A DNA stretch of 64,000 bases from Eledone cirrhosa (GCA_964016885.1 OZ024742.1:372620001-372684000), one strand, 5' to 3'; counted from the stretch's first letter, positions 30,783 through 47,245 are shown. Made by a program: numbers and translations. Notes: a model not told the origin generated them from the sequence alone.

Positions 30783-33700
30783 GTAAACTGTAAATCTCAT
30801 TCTATAAACTGTAAATCTCATTCTATGAACTGTAAATCTCTTTCTATATAAACTGTAAATCTCATTCTATATAAACTGTAAATCTCATTCTATGAACTGT
30901 AAATCTCATTCTATATAAACTGTGAATCTCATTCTATATAAATTGTAATTCTCATTCTATATTATCTGTAAATCTCATTCTATAAACTGTAAATCTCTTT
31001 CTATATAAGCTGTAAATCTCATTCTATATAAACTGTAAGTCTCATTCTATAAACTGTAAATCTCATTCTATATAAACTGTAAATCTCATTCTATAAACTG
31101 TAAATCTCATTCTATATAATCTGTAAATCTCATTCTATAAACTGTAAATCTCATTCTATATAAACTGTAAATCTCTTTCTATATAAACTGTAAATCTCAT
31201 TCTATATAAACTGTAAATCTCATTCTATAAACTGTAAATCTCTTTCTATATAAACTGTAAATCTCATTCTATATAAGCTGTAAATCTCATTCTATAAACT
31301 GTAAATCTCTTTCTATATAAACTGTAAATCTCATTCTATATAAACTGTATATATCATTCTATAAACTGTAACTCTCAGTCTATAAACTGTAAATCTCGTT
31401 CTATATAAACTGTAAATCTCTTTCTATATGAACTATAAATCTCTTTCTATATAAACTCTGAATCTCATTCTATATAAGCTGTAAATCTCATTCTATGAAC
31501 TGTAAATCTCTTTCTATATAAGCTGTAAATCTCATTCTATAAACTGTAAATCTCTTTCTATATAAACTGTAAATCTCATTCTATATAAACGGTAAATCTC
31601 CTTCTATATAAACTGTAAATTTCATTTTATAAACTGTAAATCTCTTTCTATATAAACTGTAAATCTCATTCTATATAAACTGTAAATCTCTTTCTATATA
31701 AACTGTAAATCTCATTCTATATCAACTGTGAATCTCATTCTATAAACTGTAAATCTCTTTCTATATAAACTGTAAATATCATTCTATATACACTGTAAAT
31801 CTCTTTCTATATAAACTGTAAATCTCATTCTATATAAACTGTAAATCTCATTCTATAAACTGTAAATCTCTTTCTATATAAACTGTAAATCTCGTTCTAT
31901 ATAAGCTGTAAATCTCATTCTATAAACTGTAAATCTCTTTCTATATAAACTGTAAATCTCTTTCCATATGAACTGTAAATCTCATTCTATATAAATTGTA
32001 AATCTCATTCTATAAACTGTGAATCTCATTCTATATAAACTGTAAATCTCATTCTATGAACTGTAAATCTCTTTCTATATAAACTGTATATATCATTCTA
32101 TAAACTGTAAATCTCATTCTATAAACTGTAAATCTCTTTCTATATAAGCTGTAAATCTCATTCTATGAACTGTAAATCTCTTTCTATATAAGCTGTAAAT
32201 CTCATTCTATAAACTGTAAATCTCTTTCTATATAAACTGTAAATCTCATTCTATATAAACTGTAAATCTCTTTCTATATAAACTGTAAATCTCATTTTAT
32301 AAACTGTAAATCTCTTTCTATATAAACTGTAAATCTCATTCTATATAAACTGTAAATCTCATTCTATAAACTGTAAATCTCTTTCTATATAAACTGTAAA
32401 TCTCGTTCTATATAAGCTGTAAATCTCATTCTATAAACTGTAAATCTCTTTCTACATAAACTGTAAATCTCGTTCTATATAAGCTGTAAATCTCATTCTA
32501 TAAACTGTAAATCTCATTCTATAAACTGTAAATCTCATTCTATAAACTGTAAATCTCTTTCTATATAAACTGTAAATCTCATTCTATATAAACTGTAAAT
32601 CTCATTCTATATAAACTGTAAATCTCTTTCTATATAAACTGTAAATTTCATTCTATAAACTGTAAATCTCTTTCTATATAAACTGTAAATCTCTTTCTAT
32701 ATGAACTGTAAATCTCATTCTATATAAATTGTAAATCTCATTCTATAAACTGTGAATCTCATTCTATATAAACTGTAAATCTCATTCTATAAACTGTAAA
32801 TCTCATTCTATGAACTGTAAATCTCTTTCTATATAAACTGTATATATCATTCTATAAACTGTAAATCTCATTCTATAAACTGTAAATCTCTTTCTATATA
32901 AGCTGTAAATCTCATTCTATGAACTGTAAATCTCTTTCTATATAAGCTGTAAATCTCATTCTATAAACTGTAAATCTCTTTCTATATAAACTGTAAATCT
33001 CATTCTATATAAACTGTAAATCTCTTTCTATATAAACTGTAAATTTCATTTTATAAACTGTAAATCTCTTTCTATATAAACTGTAAATCCCATTCTATAT
33101 AAACTGTATATATCATTCTATAAACTGTAAATCTCATTCTATAAACTGTAAATCTCTTTCTATATAAACTGTAAATCTCATTCTTTATAAACTGTAAATC
33201 TAATTCTATATTAACTGTAAATCTGATTCTATAAACTGTAAATCGCTTTCTATATAAACTGTAAATCTCACTCTATATAAACTGTAAATCTCTTTCTATA
33301 TAAACTGTAAATCTCGTTCTATATAAGCTGTAAATCTCATTCTATAAACTGTAAATCTCTTTCTATATAAACTGTAAATCCCATTCTATATAAACTGTAT
33401 ATATCATTCTATAAACTGTAAATCACATTCTATAAACTGTAAATCTCTTTCTATATAAACTGTAAATCTCATTCTATATAAACTGTAAATCTCTTTCTTT
33501 ATGAACAGTAAATCTCATTCTATATAAATTGTAAATCTCATTCTATAAACTGTGAATCTCATTCTATATAAACTGTAAATCTCATTCTATAAACTGTAAA
33601 TCTCATTCTATGAACTGTAAATCTCTTTCTATATAAACTGTAAATCTCATTCTATAAAAACTGTAAATCTCATTCTATAAACTGTAAATCTCTTTCTGTA

Positions 33701-36700
33701 TAAACTGTAAATCGCATTCTATATAAACTGTAAATCTCATTCTATATACACTGTAAATCTCTTTCTATATAAACTGTAAATCTCATTCTATATAAACTGT
33801 AAATCTCTTTCCATATAAACTGTAAATCTCATTCTATATAAGCTGTAAATCTCATTCTATAAACTGTACATCTCTTTCTATATAAACTGTAAATCCCATT
33901 CTATATAAACTGTATATATCATTCTATAAACTGTACATCTCATTCTATAAACTGTAAATCTCTTTCTATATGAACTGTAAATCTCATCCTATATAAACTG
34001 TAAATCTCATTCTATATTAACTGTAAATCTGATTCTATAAACTGTAAATCTCTTTCTATATAAACTCTTAATCTCATTCTATATAAACTGTAAATCTCAT
34101 TCTATATAAACTGTATATATCATTCTATAAACTGTAAATCTCATTCTATAAACTGTAAATCTCTTTCTATATAAACTGTAAATCTCATTCTATATAAACT
34201 GTAAATCTCATTCTATATTAACTGTAAATCTGATTCTATAAACTGTAAATCTCTTTCTATATAAACTCTTAATCTCATTCTATATGAACTGTAAATCTCT
34301 TTCTATATAAACTGTGAATCTCATTCTATATATATGCTGTAAATCCCATTCTATGAACTGTAAATCTCTTTCTATATAAACTGTAAATCTTATTCTATAT
34401 AAACTGTAAATCTCATTCTATAAACTGTAAATCTCTTTCTATATAAACTGTAAATCTCATTCTATATAAACTGTAAATCTCTTTCTATATAAACTGTAAA
34501 TTTCATTCTATAAACTGTAAATCTCTTTCTATATAAACTGGAAATCTCATTCTATATAAACTGTAAATCTCTTTCTATATAAACTGTAAGTCTCATTCTA
34601 TATAAACTGTGAATCTCATTCTATATACACTGTAAATCTCTTTCTATATAAACTGTAAATCTTATTCTATATAAACTGTAAATCTCATTCTATAAACTGT
34701 AAATCTCTTTCTATATAAACTGTAAATCTCGTTCTATATAAGCTGTAAATCTCATTCTATAAACTGTAAATCTCTTTCTACATAAACTGTAAATCTCGTT
34801 CTATATAAGCTGTAAATCTCATTCTATAAACTGTAAATCTCATTCTATAAACTGTAAATCTCTTTCTATATAAACTGTAAATCTCATTCTATATGAACTG
34901 TAAATCTCTTTCTATATGAACTGTAAATCTCATTCTATATAAATTGTAAATCTCATTCTATAAACTGTGAATCTCATTCTATATGAACTGTAAATCTCAT
35001 TCTATATAAACTGTAAATATCATTCTACATTAACTGTAAATCCCATTCTATAAACTGTAAATCTCTTTCTATATAAGCTGTAAATCTCATTCTATGTAAA
35101 CTGTAAATCTCATTCTATAAACTGTAAATCTCATTCTATGAACTGTAAATCTCTTTCTATATAAACTGTAAATCTCATTCTATATAAACTGTAAATCTCA
35201 TTCTATGAACTGTAAATCTCATTCTATATAAACTGTGAATCTCATTCTATATAAACTGTAATTCTCATTCTATATTATCTGTAAATCTCATTCTATAAAC
35301 TGTAAATCTCTTTCTATATAAGCTGTAAATCTCATTCTATATAAACTGTAAGTCTCATTCTATAAACTGTAAATCTCATTCTATATAAACTGTAAATCTC
35401 ATTCTATAAACTGTAAATCTCATTCTATATAATCTGTAAATCTCATTCTATAAACTGTAAATCTCATTCTATATAAACTGTAAATCTCTTTCTATATAAA
35501 CTGTAAATCTCATTCTATATAAACTGTAAATCTCATTCTATAAACTGTAAATCTCTTTCTATATAAACTGTAAATCTCATTCTATATAAGCTGTAAATCT
35601 CATTCTATAAACTGTAAATCTCTTTCTATATAAACTGTAAATATCATTCTATATAAACTGTATATATCATTCTATAAACTGTAACTCTCAGTCTATAAAC
35701 CGTAAATCTCGTTCTATATAAACTGTAAATCTCTTTCTATATGAACTATAAATCTCTTTCTATATAAACTCTGAATCTCATTCTATATAAGCTGTAAATC
35801 TCATTCTATGAACTGTAAATCTCTTTCTATATAAGCTGTAAATCTCATTCTATAAACTGTAAATCTCTTTCTATATAAACTGTAAATCTCATTCTATATA
35901 AACGGTAAATCTCTTTCTATATAAACTGTAAATTTCATTTTATAAACTGTAAATCTCTTTCTATATAAACTGTAAATCTCATTCTATATAAACTGTAAAT
36001 CTCTTTCTATATAAACTGTAAATCTCATTCTATATAAACTGTGAATCTCATTCTATAAACTGTAAATCTCTTTCTATATAAACTGTAAATATCATTCTTT
36101 ATACACTGTAAATCTCTTTCTATATAAACTGTAAATCTCATTCTATATAAACTGTAAATCTCATTCTATAAACTGTAAATCTCTTTCTATATAAACTGTA
36201 AATCTCGTTCTATATAAGCTGTAAATCTCATTCTATAAACTGTAAATCTCTTTCTATATAAACTGTAAATCCCATTCTATATAAACTGTATATATCATTC
36301 TATAAACTGTAAATCACATTCTATAAACTGTAAATCTCATTCTATATAAACTGTAAATCTCTTTCTATATGAACTGTAAATCTCATTCTATATAAATTGT
36401 AAATCTCATTCTATAAACTGTGAATCTCATTCTATATAAACTGTAAATCTCATTCTATGAACTGTAAATCTCTTTCTATATAAACTGTATATATCATTCT
36501 ATAAACTGTAAATCTCATTCTATAAACTGTAAATCTCTTTCTATATAAGCTGTAAATCTCATTCTATGAACTGTAAATCTCTTTCTATATAAGCTGTAAA
36601 TCTCATTCTATAAACTGTAAATCTCTTTCTATATAAACTGTAAATCTCATTCTATATAAACCGTAAATCTCTTTCTATATAAACTGTAAATTTCATTTTA

Positions 36701-38202
36701 TAAACTGTAAATCTCTTTCTATATAAACTGTAAATCCCATTCTATATAAACTGTATATATCATTCTATAAACTGTAAATCTCATTCTATAAACTGTAAAT
36801 CTCTTTCTATATAAACTGTAAATCTCATTCTTTATAAACTGTAAATCTAATTCTATATTAACTGTAAATCTGATTCTATAAACTGTAAATCTCTTTCTAT
36901 ATAAACTGTAAATCTCACTCTATATAAACTGTAAATCTCTTTCTATATAAACTGTAAATCTCGTTCTATATAAGCTGTAAATCTCATTCTATAAACTGTA
37001 AATCTCTTTCTATATAAACTGTAAATCCCATTCTATATAAACTGTATATATCATTCTATAAACTGTAAATCACATTCTATAAACTGTAGATCTCTTTCTA
37101 TATAAACTGTAAATCTCATTCTATATAAACTGTAAATCTCATTCTATAAACTGTGAATCTCATTCTATATAAACTGTAAATCTCATTCTATAAACTGTAA
37201 ATCTCATTCTATGAACTGTAAATCTCTTTCTATATAAACTGTAAATCTCATTCTATATATACTGTAAATCTCATTCTATAAACTGTAAATCTCTTTCTGT
37301 ATAAACTGTAAATCTCATTCTATATGAACTGTAAATCTCTTTCTATATAAACTGTAAATTTCATTCTATAAACTGTAAATCTCTTTCTATATAAACTGTA
37401 AATCTCATTCTATATAAACTGTAAATCTCTTTCCATATAAACTGTAAATCTCATTCTATATAAGCTGTAAATCTCATTCTATAAACTGTACATCTCTTTC
37501 TATATAAACTGTAAATCCCATTCTATATAAACTGTATATATCATTCTATAAACTGTACATCTCATTCTATAAACTGTAAATCTCTTTCTATATGAACTGT
37601 AAATCTCATCCTATATAAACTGTAAATCTCATTCTATATTAACTGTAAATCTGATTCTATAAACTGTAAATCTCTTTCTATATAAACTCTTAATCTCATT
37701 CTATATAAACTGTAAATCTCATTCTATATAAACTGTATATATCATTCTATAAACTGTAAATCTCATTCTATAAACTGTAAATCTCTTTCTATATAAACTG
37801 TAAATCTAATTCTATATAAACTGTAAATCTCATTCTATATTAACTGTAAATCTGATTCTATAAACTGTAAATCTCTTTCTATATAAACTCTTAATCTCAT
37901 TCTATATGAACTGTAAATCTCTTTCTATATAAACTGTGAATCTCATTCTATATATATGCTGTAAATCCCATTCTATGAACTGTAAATCTCTTTCTATATA
38001 AACTGTAAATCTTATTCTATATAAACTGTAAATCTCATTCTATAAACTGTAAATCTCTTTCTATATAAACTGGAAATCTCATTCTATATAAACTGTAAAT
38101 CTCTTTATATATAAACTGTAAGTCTCATTCTATATAAACTGTGAATCTCATTCTATATACACTGTAAATCTCTTTCTATATAAACTGTAAATCTCATTTT
38201 AT
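30783..38202. repeat. Two more diverged and rearranged copies of the same ~4-5 kb HOR family (marker spacing 4,313 bp)
   Basis: The conserved marker order TATTATCTG, GTAAGTCTC, AACTCTCAGTC, AACGGT recurs (AACGGT C at 31590 and 35903). Each copy carries private variants and monomer-block indels. Confidence 0.75.
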
Positions 38203-41200
38203 ATAAACTGTAAATCTCATTCTATAAACTGTAAATCTCTTTCTATATAAACTGTAAATCTCGTTCTATATAAGCTGTAAATCTCATTCTATAAGCTGTA
38301 AATCTCTTTCTACATAAACTGTAAATCTCGTTCTATATAAGCTGTAAATCTCATTCTATAAACTGTAAATCTCATTCTATAAACTGTAAATCTCATTCTA
38401 TAAACTGTAAATCTCTTTCTATATAAACTGTAAATCTCATTCTATATAAACTGTAAATCTCATTCTATATAAACTGTAAATCTCTTACTATATAAACTGT
38501 AAATCTCTTTCTATAAACTGTAAATCTCTTTCTATATAAACTGTAAATCTCATTCTATATAAACTGTAAATCTCTTTCCATATAAACTGTAAATCTCATT
38601 CTATATAAGCTGTAAATCTCATTCTATAAACTGTACATCTCTTTCTATATAAACTGTAAATCCCATTCTATATAAACTGTATATATCATTCTATAAACTG
38701 TACATCTCATTCTATAAACTGTAAATCTCTTTCTATATGAACTGTAAATCTCATCCTATATAAACTGTAAATCTCATTCTATATTAACTGTAAATCTGAT
38801 TCTATAAACTGTAAATCTCTTTCTATATAAACTGTAAATCTCACTCTATATAAACTGTAAATCTCTTTCTATATAAACTGTAAATTTCATTCTATAAACT
38901 GTAAATCTCTTTCTATATAAACTGTAAATCTCATTCTATATAAACTGTAAATCTCTTTCTATATGAACTGTAAATCTCATTCTATATAAATTGTAAATCT
39001 CATTCTATAAACTGTGAATCTCATTCTATATAAACTGTAAATCTCATTCTATATAAACTGTAAATCTCATTCTATATTAACTGTAAATGCCATTCTATAA
39101 ACTGTAAATCTCTTTCTATATAAGCTGTAAATCTCATTCTATGTAAACTGTAAATCTCATTCTATAAACTGTAAATCTCATTCTATGAACTGTAAATCTC
39201 TTTCTATATAAACTGTAAATCTCATTCTATATAAACTGTGAATCTCTTTCTATAAACTCTAAATCTCTTTCTATATAAACTGTAAATCTCATTCTATATA
39301 CACTCTAAATCTCTTTCTATATAAACTGTAAATCTCATTCTATATAAACTGTATATATCATTCTATAAACTGTAAATTTCATTCTATAAACTGTAAATCT
39401 CTTTCTATATGAACTGTAAATCTCATTCTATAAAAACTGTAAATCTCTTTCTATATAAACTGTAAATCTCATTCTATATAAACTGTGAATCTCATTCTAT
39501 AAACTCTAAATCTCTTTCTATATAAACTGTAAATCTCATTCTATATACACTGTAAATCTCTTTCTATATAAACTGTAAATCTCATTCTATATAAACTGTA
39601 TATATCATTCTATAAACTGTAAATCTCATTCTATAAACTGTAAATCTCTTTCTATATAAGCTGTAAATCTCATTCTATATAAACTGTAAATCTGATTCTA
39701 TAAACTGTAAATCTCTTTCTTTATAAACTCTTAATCTCATTCTATATAAACTGTAAATCTCATTCTATAAACTGTAAATCTCATTCTATATAAGCTGTAA
39801 ATCTCATTCTATGAACTGTAAATCTATTTCTATATAAACTGTAAATCTCATTCTATATAAACTGTAAATATCTTTCTATATGAACTGTAAATCTCATTCT
39901 ATATAAACTGTAAATGTATTTCTATATAAACTGTAAATCTCATTCTATATAAACTGTAAATCTCATTCTATATAAACTTTAAATCTCATTCTATATGAAC
40001 TGTAAATCTCTTTCTATATAAACTGTAAATCTCATTCTATATAAACTGTGAATCTCATTCTATATAAACTGAAATTCTCATTCTATATTTACTGTAAATC
40101 TCATTCTATAAACTGTAAGTCTCTTTCTATATAAGCTGTAAATCTCATTCTATATAAACTGTAAATCTCATTCTATAAACTGTAAATCTCATTCTATATA
40201 AACTGTAAATCTCATTCTATGAACTGTGAATCTTTTTCTATTTAAACTGTAAATCTCATTCTATATAAACTGTAAATCTCTTTCTATATAAACTGTAAAT
40301 CTCATTCTATATAAACTGTAAATCTCATTCTATAAACTGTAAATCTCTTTCTATATAAACTGTAAATCTCATTCTATATAAGCTGTAAATCTCATTCTAT
40401 AAACTGTAAATCTCATTCTATATAAACTGTAAATCTCATTCTATATAAACTGTATATATCATTCTATAAACTGTAATTCTCAGTCTATAAACTGTAAATC
40501 TCGTTCTATATAAACTGTAAATCTCTTTCTATATGAACTGTAAATCTCTTTCTATATAAACTCTGAATCTCATTCTATATAAGCTGTAAATCTCATTCTA
40601 TGAACTGTAAATCTCTTTCTATATAAACTGTAAATCTCATTCTATATAAACTGTAAATCTCTTTCTATATAAACTGTAAATTTCATTCTATAAACTGTAA
40701 ATCTCTTTCTATATAAACTGTAAATCTCATTCTATATAAACTGTAAATCTCTTTCTATATAAACTGTAAATCTCATTCTATATAAACTGTATATATCATT
40801 CTATAAACTGTAATTCTCAGTCTATAAACTGTAAATCTCCTTCTATATAAACTGTAAATCTCTTTCTATATGAACTGTAAATCTCTTTCTATATAAACTC
40901 TGAATCTCATTCTATATAAGCTGTAAATCTCATTCTATTCTATGAACTGTAAATCTCTTTCTATATAAACTGTAAATCTCATTCTATATAAACTGTAAAT
41001 CTCTTTCTATATAAACTGTAAATTTCATTCTATAAACTGTAAATCTCTTTCTATATAAACTGTAAATCTCATTCTATATAAACTGTAAATCTCTTTCTAT
41101 ATAAACTGTAAATATCATTCTATATAAACTGTGAATCTCATTCTATAAACTGTAAATCTCATTCTATATGAACTGTAAATCTCGTTCTATATAAGCTGTA

Positions 41201-44200
41201 AATTTCATTCTATAAACTGTAAATCTCTTTCTATATAAACTGTAAATCTCATTCTATATAAACTGTATATATCATTCTATAAACTGTAAATCTCATTCTA
41301 TAAACTGTAAATCTCTTTCTATATAAACTGTAAATCTCATTCTATATAAACTGTAAATCTCTTTCTATATGAACTGTACACCTCATTCTATATAAATTGT
41401 AAATCTAATTCTATAAACTGTGAATCTCATTCTATATAAACTGTAAATCTCATTCTATAAACTGTAAATCTCATTCTATGAACTGTAAATCTCTTTCTAT
41501 ATAAACTGTAAATCTCATTCTATATAAACTGTAAATCTCATTCTATAAACTGTAAATCTCTTTCTGTATAAACTGTAAATCTCATTCTATATAAACTGTA
41601 AATCTCTTTCTATATAAACTGTAAATTTCATTCTATAAACTGTAAATCTCTTTCTATATAAACTGTAAATCTCATTCTATATAAACTTTAAATCGCTTTC
41701 TATATAAACTGTAAATCTCATTCTATATAAACTGTGAATCTCATTCTATAAGCTCTAAATCTCTTTCTATATAAACTGTGAATCTCATTCTATATACACT
41801 GTAAATCTCTTTCTATATAAACTGTAAATCTCATTCTATATAAACTGTAAATCTCATTCTATAAACTGTAAATCTCTTTCCATATAAACTGTAAATCTCA
41901 TTCTATATAAGCTGTAAATCTCATTCTATAAACTGTACATCTCTTTCTATATAAACTGTAAATCTCATTCTATATAAACTGTATGTATCATTCTATAAAC
42001 TGTAAATCTCATTCTATAAACTGTAAATCTCTTTCTATATAAACTGTAAATCTCATTCTATATAAACTGTAAATCTAATTCTATATTAACTGTAAATCTG
42101 ATTCTATAAACTGTAAATCTCTTTCTATATAAACTGTAAATCTCATTCTATATAAACTGTAAATCTCTTTCTATATAAACTGTAAATCTCATTCTATATA
42201 AACTGTAAATCTCATTCTATAAACTGTAAATCTCTTTCTATATAAACTCTTAATCTCATTCTATATAAACTGTAAATCTCATTCTATAAACTGTAAATCT
42301 AATTCTATATAAACTGTAAATCTCTTTCTATATAACCTGTAAATCTCTTTCTATATAACCTGTAAATCTCTTTCTATATAAACTGTAAATCTCTTTCCAT
42401 ATAAACTGTAAATCTCATTCTATATAAGCTGTAAATCTCATTCTATAAACTGTACATCTCTTTCTATATAAACTGTAAATCCCATTCTATATAAACTGTA
42501 TATATCATTCTATAAACTGTAAATCTCATTCTATAAACTGTAAATCTCTTTCTATATAAACTGTAAATCTCGTTCTATATAAGCTGTAAATCTCATTCTA
42601 TAAGCTGTAAATCTCTTTCTACATAAACTGTAAATCTCGTTCTATATAAGCTGTAAATCTCATTCTATAAACTGTAAATCTCATTCTATAAACTGTAAAT
42701 CTCATTCTATAAACTGTAAATCTCTTTCTATATAAACTGTAAATCTCATTCTATATAAACTGTAAATCTCATTCTATATAAACTGTAAATCTCTTACTAT
42801 ATAAACTGTAAATCTCTTTCTATAAACTGTAAATCTCTTTCTATATAAACTGTAAATCTCATTCTATATAAACTGTAAATCTCTTTCCATATAAACTGTA
42901 AATCTCATTCTATATAAGCTGTAAATCTCATTCTATAAACTGTACATCTCTTTCTATATAAACTGTAAATCCCATTCTATATAAACTGTATATATCATTC
43001 TATAAACTGTACATCTCATTCTATAAACTGTAAATCTCTTTCTATATGAACTGTAAATCTCATCCTATATAAACTGTAAATCTCATTCTATATTAACTGT
43101 AAATCTGATTCTATAAACTGTAAATCTCTTTCTATATAAACTGTAAATCTCACTCTATATAAACTGTAAATCTCTTTCTATATAAACTGTAAATTTCATT
43201 CTATAAACTGTAAATCTCTTTCTATATAAACTGTAAATCTCATTCTATATAAACTGTAAATCTCTTTCTATATGAACTGTAAATCTCATTCTATATAAAT
43301 TGTAAATCTCATTCTATAAACTGTGAATCTCATTCTATATAAACTGTAAATCTCATTCTATATAAACTGTAAATCTCATTCTATATTAACTGTAAATGCC
43401 ATTCTATAAACTGTAAATCTCTTTCTATATAAGCTGTAAATCTCATTCTATGTAAACTGTAAATCTCATTCTATAAACTGTAAATCTCATTCTATGAACT
43501 GTAAATCTCTTTCTATATAAACTGTAAATCTCATTCTATATAAACTGTGAATCTCTTTCTATAAACTCTAAATCTCTTTCTATATAAACTGTAAATCTCA
43601 TTCTATATACACTCTAAATCTCTTTCTATATAAACTGTAAATCTCATTCTATATAAACTGTATATATCATTCTATAAACTGTAAATTTCATTCTATAAAC
43701 TGTAAATCTCTTTCTATATGAACTGTAAATCTCATTCTATAAAAACTGTAAATCTCTTTCTATATAAACTGTAAATCTCATTCTATATAAACTGTGAATC
43801 TCATTCTATAAACTCTAAATCTCTTTCTATATAAACTGTAAATCTCATTCTATATACACTGTAAATCTCTTTCTATATAAACTGTAAATCTCATTCTATA
43901 TAAACTGTATATATCATTCTATAAACTGTAAATCTCATTCTATAAACTGTAAATCTCTTTCTATATAAGCTGTAAATCTCATTCTATATAAACTGTAAAT
44001 CTGATTCTATAAACTGTAAATCTCCTTCTTTATAAACTCTTAATCTCATTCTATATAAACTGTAAATCTCATTCTATAAACTGTAAATCTCATTCTATAT
44101 AAGCTGTAAATCTCATTCTATGAACTGTAAATCTATTTCTATATAAACTGTAAATCTCATTCTATATAAACTGTAAATATCTTTCTATATGAACTGTAAA

Positions 44201-46830
44201 TCTCATTCTATATAAACTGTAAATGTATTTCTATATAAACTGTAAATCTCATTCTATATAAACTGTAAATCTCATTCTATATAAACTTTAAATCTCATTC
44301 TATATGAACTGTAAATCTCTTTCTATATAAACTGTAAATCTCATTCTATATAAACTGTGAATCTCATTCTATATAAACTGAAATTCTCATTCTATATTTA
44401 CTGTAAATCTCATTCTATAAACTGTAAGTCTCTTTCTATATAAGCTGTAAATCTCATTCTATATAAACTGTAAATCTCATTCTATAAACTGTAAATCTCA
44501 TTCTATATAAACTGTAAATCTCATTCTATGAACTGTGAATCTTTTTCTATTTAAACTGTAAATCTCATTCTATATAAACTGTAAATCTCTTTCTATATAA
44601 ACTGTAAATCTCATTCTATATAAACTGTAAATCTCATTCTATAAACTGTAAATCTCTTTCTATATAAACTGTAAATCTCATTCTATATAAGCTGTAAATC
44701 TCATTCTATAAACTGTAAATCTCATTCTATATAAACTGTAAATCTCATTCTATATAAACTGTATATATCATTCTATAAACTGTAATTCTCAGTCTATAAA
44801 CTGTAAATCTCGTTCTATATAAACTGTAAATCTCTTTCTATATGAACTGTAAATCTCTTTCTATATAAACTCTGAATCTCATTCTATATAAGCTGTAAAT
44901 CTCATTCTATGAACTGTAAATCTCTTTCTATATAAACTGTAAATCTCATTCTATATAAACTGTAAATCTCTTTCTATATAAACTGTAAATTTCATTCTAT
45001 AAACTGTAAATCTCTTTCTATATAAACTGTAAATCTCATTCTATATAAACTGTAAATCTCTTTCTATATAAACTGTAAATCTCATTCTATATAAACTGTA
45101 TATATCATTCTATAAACTGTAATTCTCAGTCTATAAACTGTAAATCTCCTTCTATATAAACTGTAAATCTCTTTCTATATGAACTGTAAATCTCTTTCTA
45201 TATAAACTCTGAATCTCATTCTATATAAGCTGTAAATCTCATTCTATTCTATGAACTGTAAATCTCTTTCTATATAAACTGTAAATCTCATTCTATATAA
45301 ACTGTAAATCTCTTTCTATATAAACTGTAAATTTCATTCTATAAACTGTAAATCTCTTTCTATATAAACTGTAAATCTCATTCTATATAAACTGTAAATC
45401 TCTTTCTATATAAACTGTAAATATCATTCTATATAAACTGTGAATCTCATTCTATAAACTGTAAATCTCATTCTATATGAACTGTAAATCTCGTTCTATA
45501 TAAGCTGTAAATTTCATTCTATAAACTGTAAATCTCTTTCTATATAAACTGTAAATCTCATTCTATATAAACTGTATATATCATTCTATAAACTGTAAAT
45601 CTCATTCTATAAACTGTAAATCTCTTTCTATATAAACTGTAAATCTCATTCTATATAAACTGTAAATCTCTTTCTATATGAACTGTACACCTCATTCTAT
45701 ATAAATTGTAAATCTCATTCTATAAACTGTGAATCTCATTCTATATAAACTGTAAATCTCATTCTATAAACTGTAAATCTCATTCTATGAACTGTAAATC
45801 TCTTTCTATATAAACTGTAAATCTCATTCTATATAAACTGTAAATCTCATTCTATAAACTGTAAATCTCTTTCTGTATAAACTGTAAATCTCATTCTATA
45901 TAAACTGTAAATCTCTTTCTATATAAACTGTAAATTTCATTCTATAAACTGTAAATCTCTTTCTATATAAACTGTAAATCTCATTCTATATAAACTTTAA
46001 ATCGCTTTCTATATAAACTGTAAATCTCATTCTATATAAACTGTGAATCTCATTCTATAAGCTGTAAATCTCTTTCTATATAAACTGTGAATCTCATTCT
46101 ATATACACTGTAAATCTCTTTCTATATAAACTGTAAATCTCATTCTATATAAACTGTAAATCTCATTCTATAAACTGTAAATCTCTTTCCATATAAACTG
46201 TAAATCTCATTCTATATAAGCTGTAAATCTCATTCTATAAACTGTACATCTCTTTCTATATAAACTGTAAATCTCATTCTATATAAACTGTATGTATCAT
46301 TCTATAAACTGTAAATCTCATTCTATAAACTGTAAATCTCTTTCTATATAAACTGTAAATCTCATTCTATATAAACTGTAAATCTAATTCTATATTAACT
46401 GTAAATCTGATTCTATAAACTGTAAATCTCTTTCTATATAAACTGTAAATCTCATTCTATATAAACTGTAAATCTCTTTCTATATAAACTGTAAATCTCA
46501 TTCTATATAAACTGTAAATCTCATTCTATAAACTGTAAATCTCTTTCTATATAAACTCTTAATCTCATTCTATATAAACTGTAAATCTCATTCTATAAAC
46601 TGTAAATCTAATTCTATATAAACTGTAAATCTCTTTCTATATAACCTGTAAATCTCTTTCTATATAACCTGTAAATCTCTTTCTATATAAACTGTAAATC
46701 TCTTTCCATATAAACTGTAAATCTCATTCTATATAAGCTGTAAATCTCATTCTATAAACTGTACATCTCTTTCTATATAAACTGTAAATCCCATTCTATA
46801 TAAACTGTATATATCATTCTATAAACTGTA
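38203..46830. repeat. Higher-order tandem duplication, period 4,309 bp, two copies
   Basis: Markers at +4309: CTTACTA 38484/42793, CTGTAAATGCC 39081/43390, CAGTC 40481/44790, CATTCTATTCTATG 40931/45240. Confidence 0.93.
40440..41110. repeat. Nested 337-bp tandem duplication (repeated again at ~44750-45420)
   Basis: TAATTCTCAGTC occurs with CAG at 40481 and 40818, each followed by the same CTCTGAATC and AATTTCATT variant order. Confidence 0.85.
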
Positions 46831-47245
46831 CATCTCATTCTATAAACTGTAAATCTCTTTCTATATGAACTGTAAATCTCATCCTATATAAACTGTAAAT
46901 CTCATTCTATATTAACTGTAAATCTGATTCTATAAACTGTAAATCTCTTTCTATATAAACTGTAAATTTCATTCTATAAACTGTAAATCTCTTTCTATAT
47001 AAACTGTAAATCTCATTCTATATAAACTGTAAATCTCTTTCTATATGAACTGTAAATCTCATTCTATATAAATTGTAAATCTCATTCTATAAACTGTGAA
47101 TCTCATTCTATATAAACTGTAAATCTCATTCTATATAAACTGTAAATCTCATTCTATATTAACTGTAAATCCCATTCTATAAACTGTAAATCTCTTTCTA
47201 TATAAGCTGTAAATCTCATTCTATGTAAACTGTAAATCTCATTCT

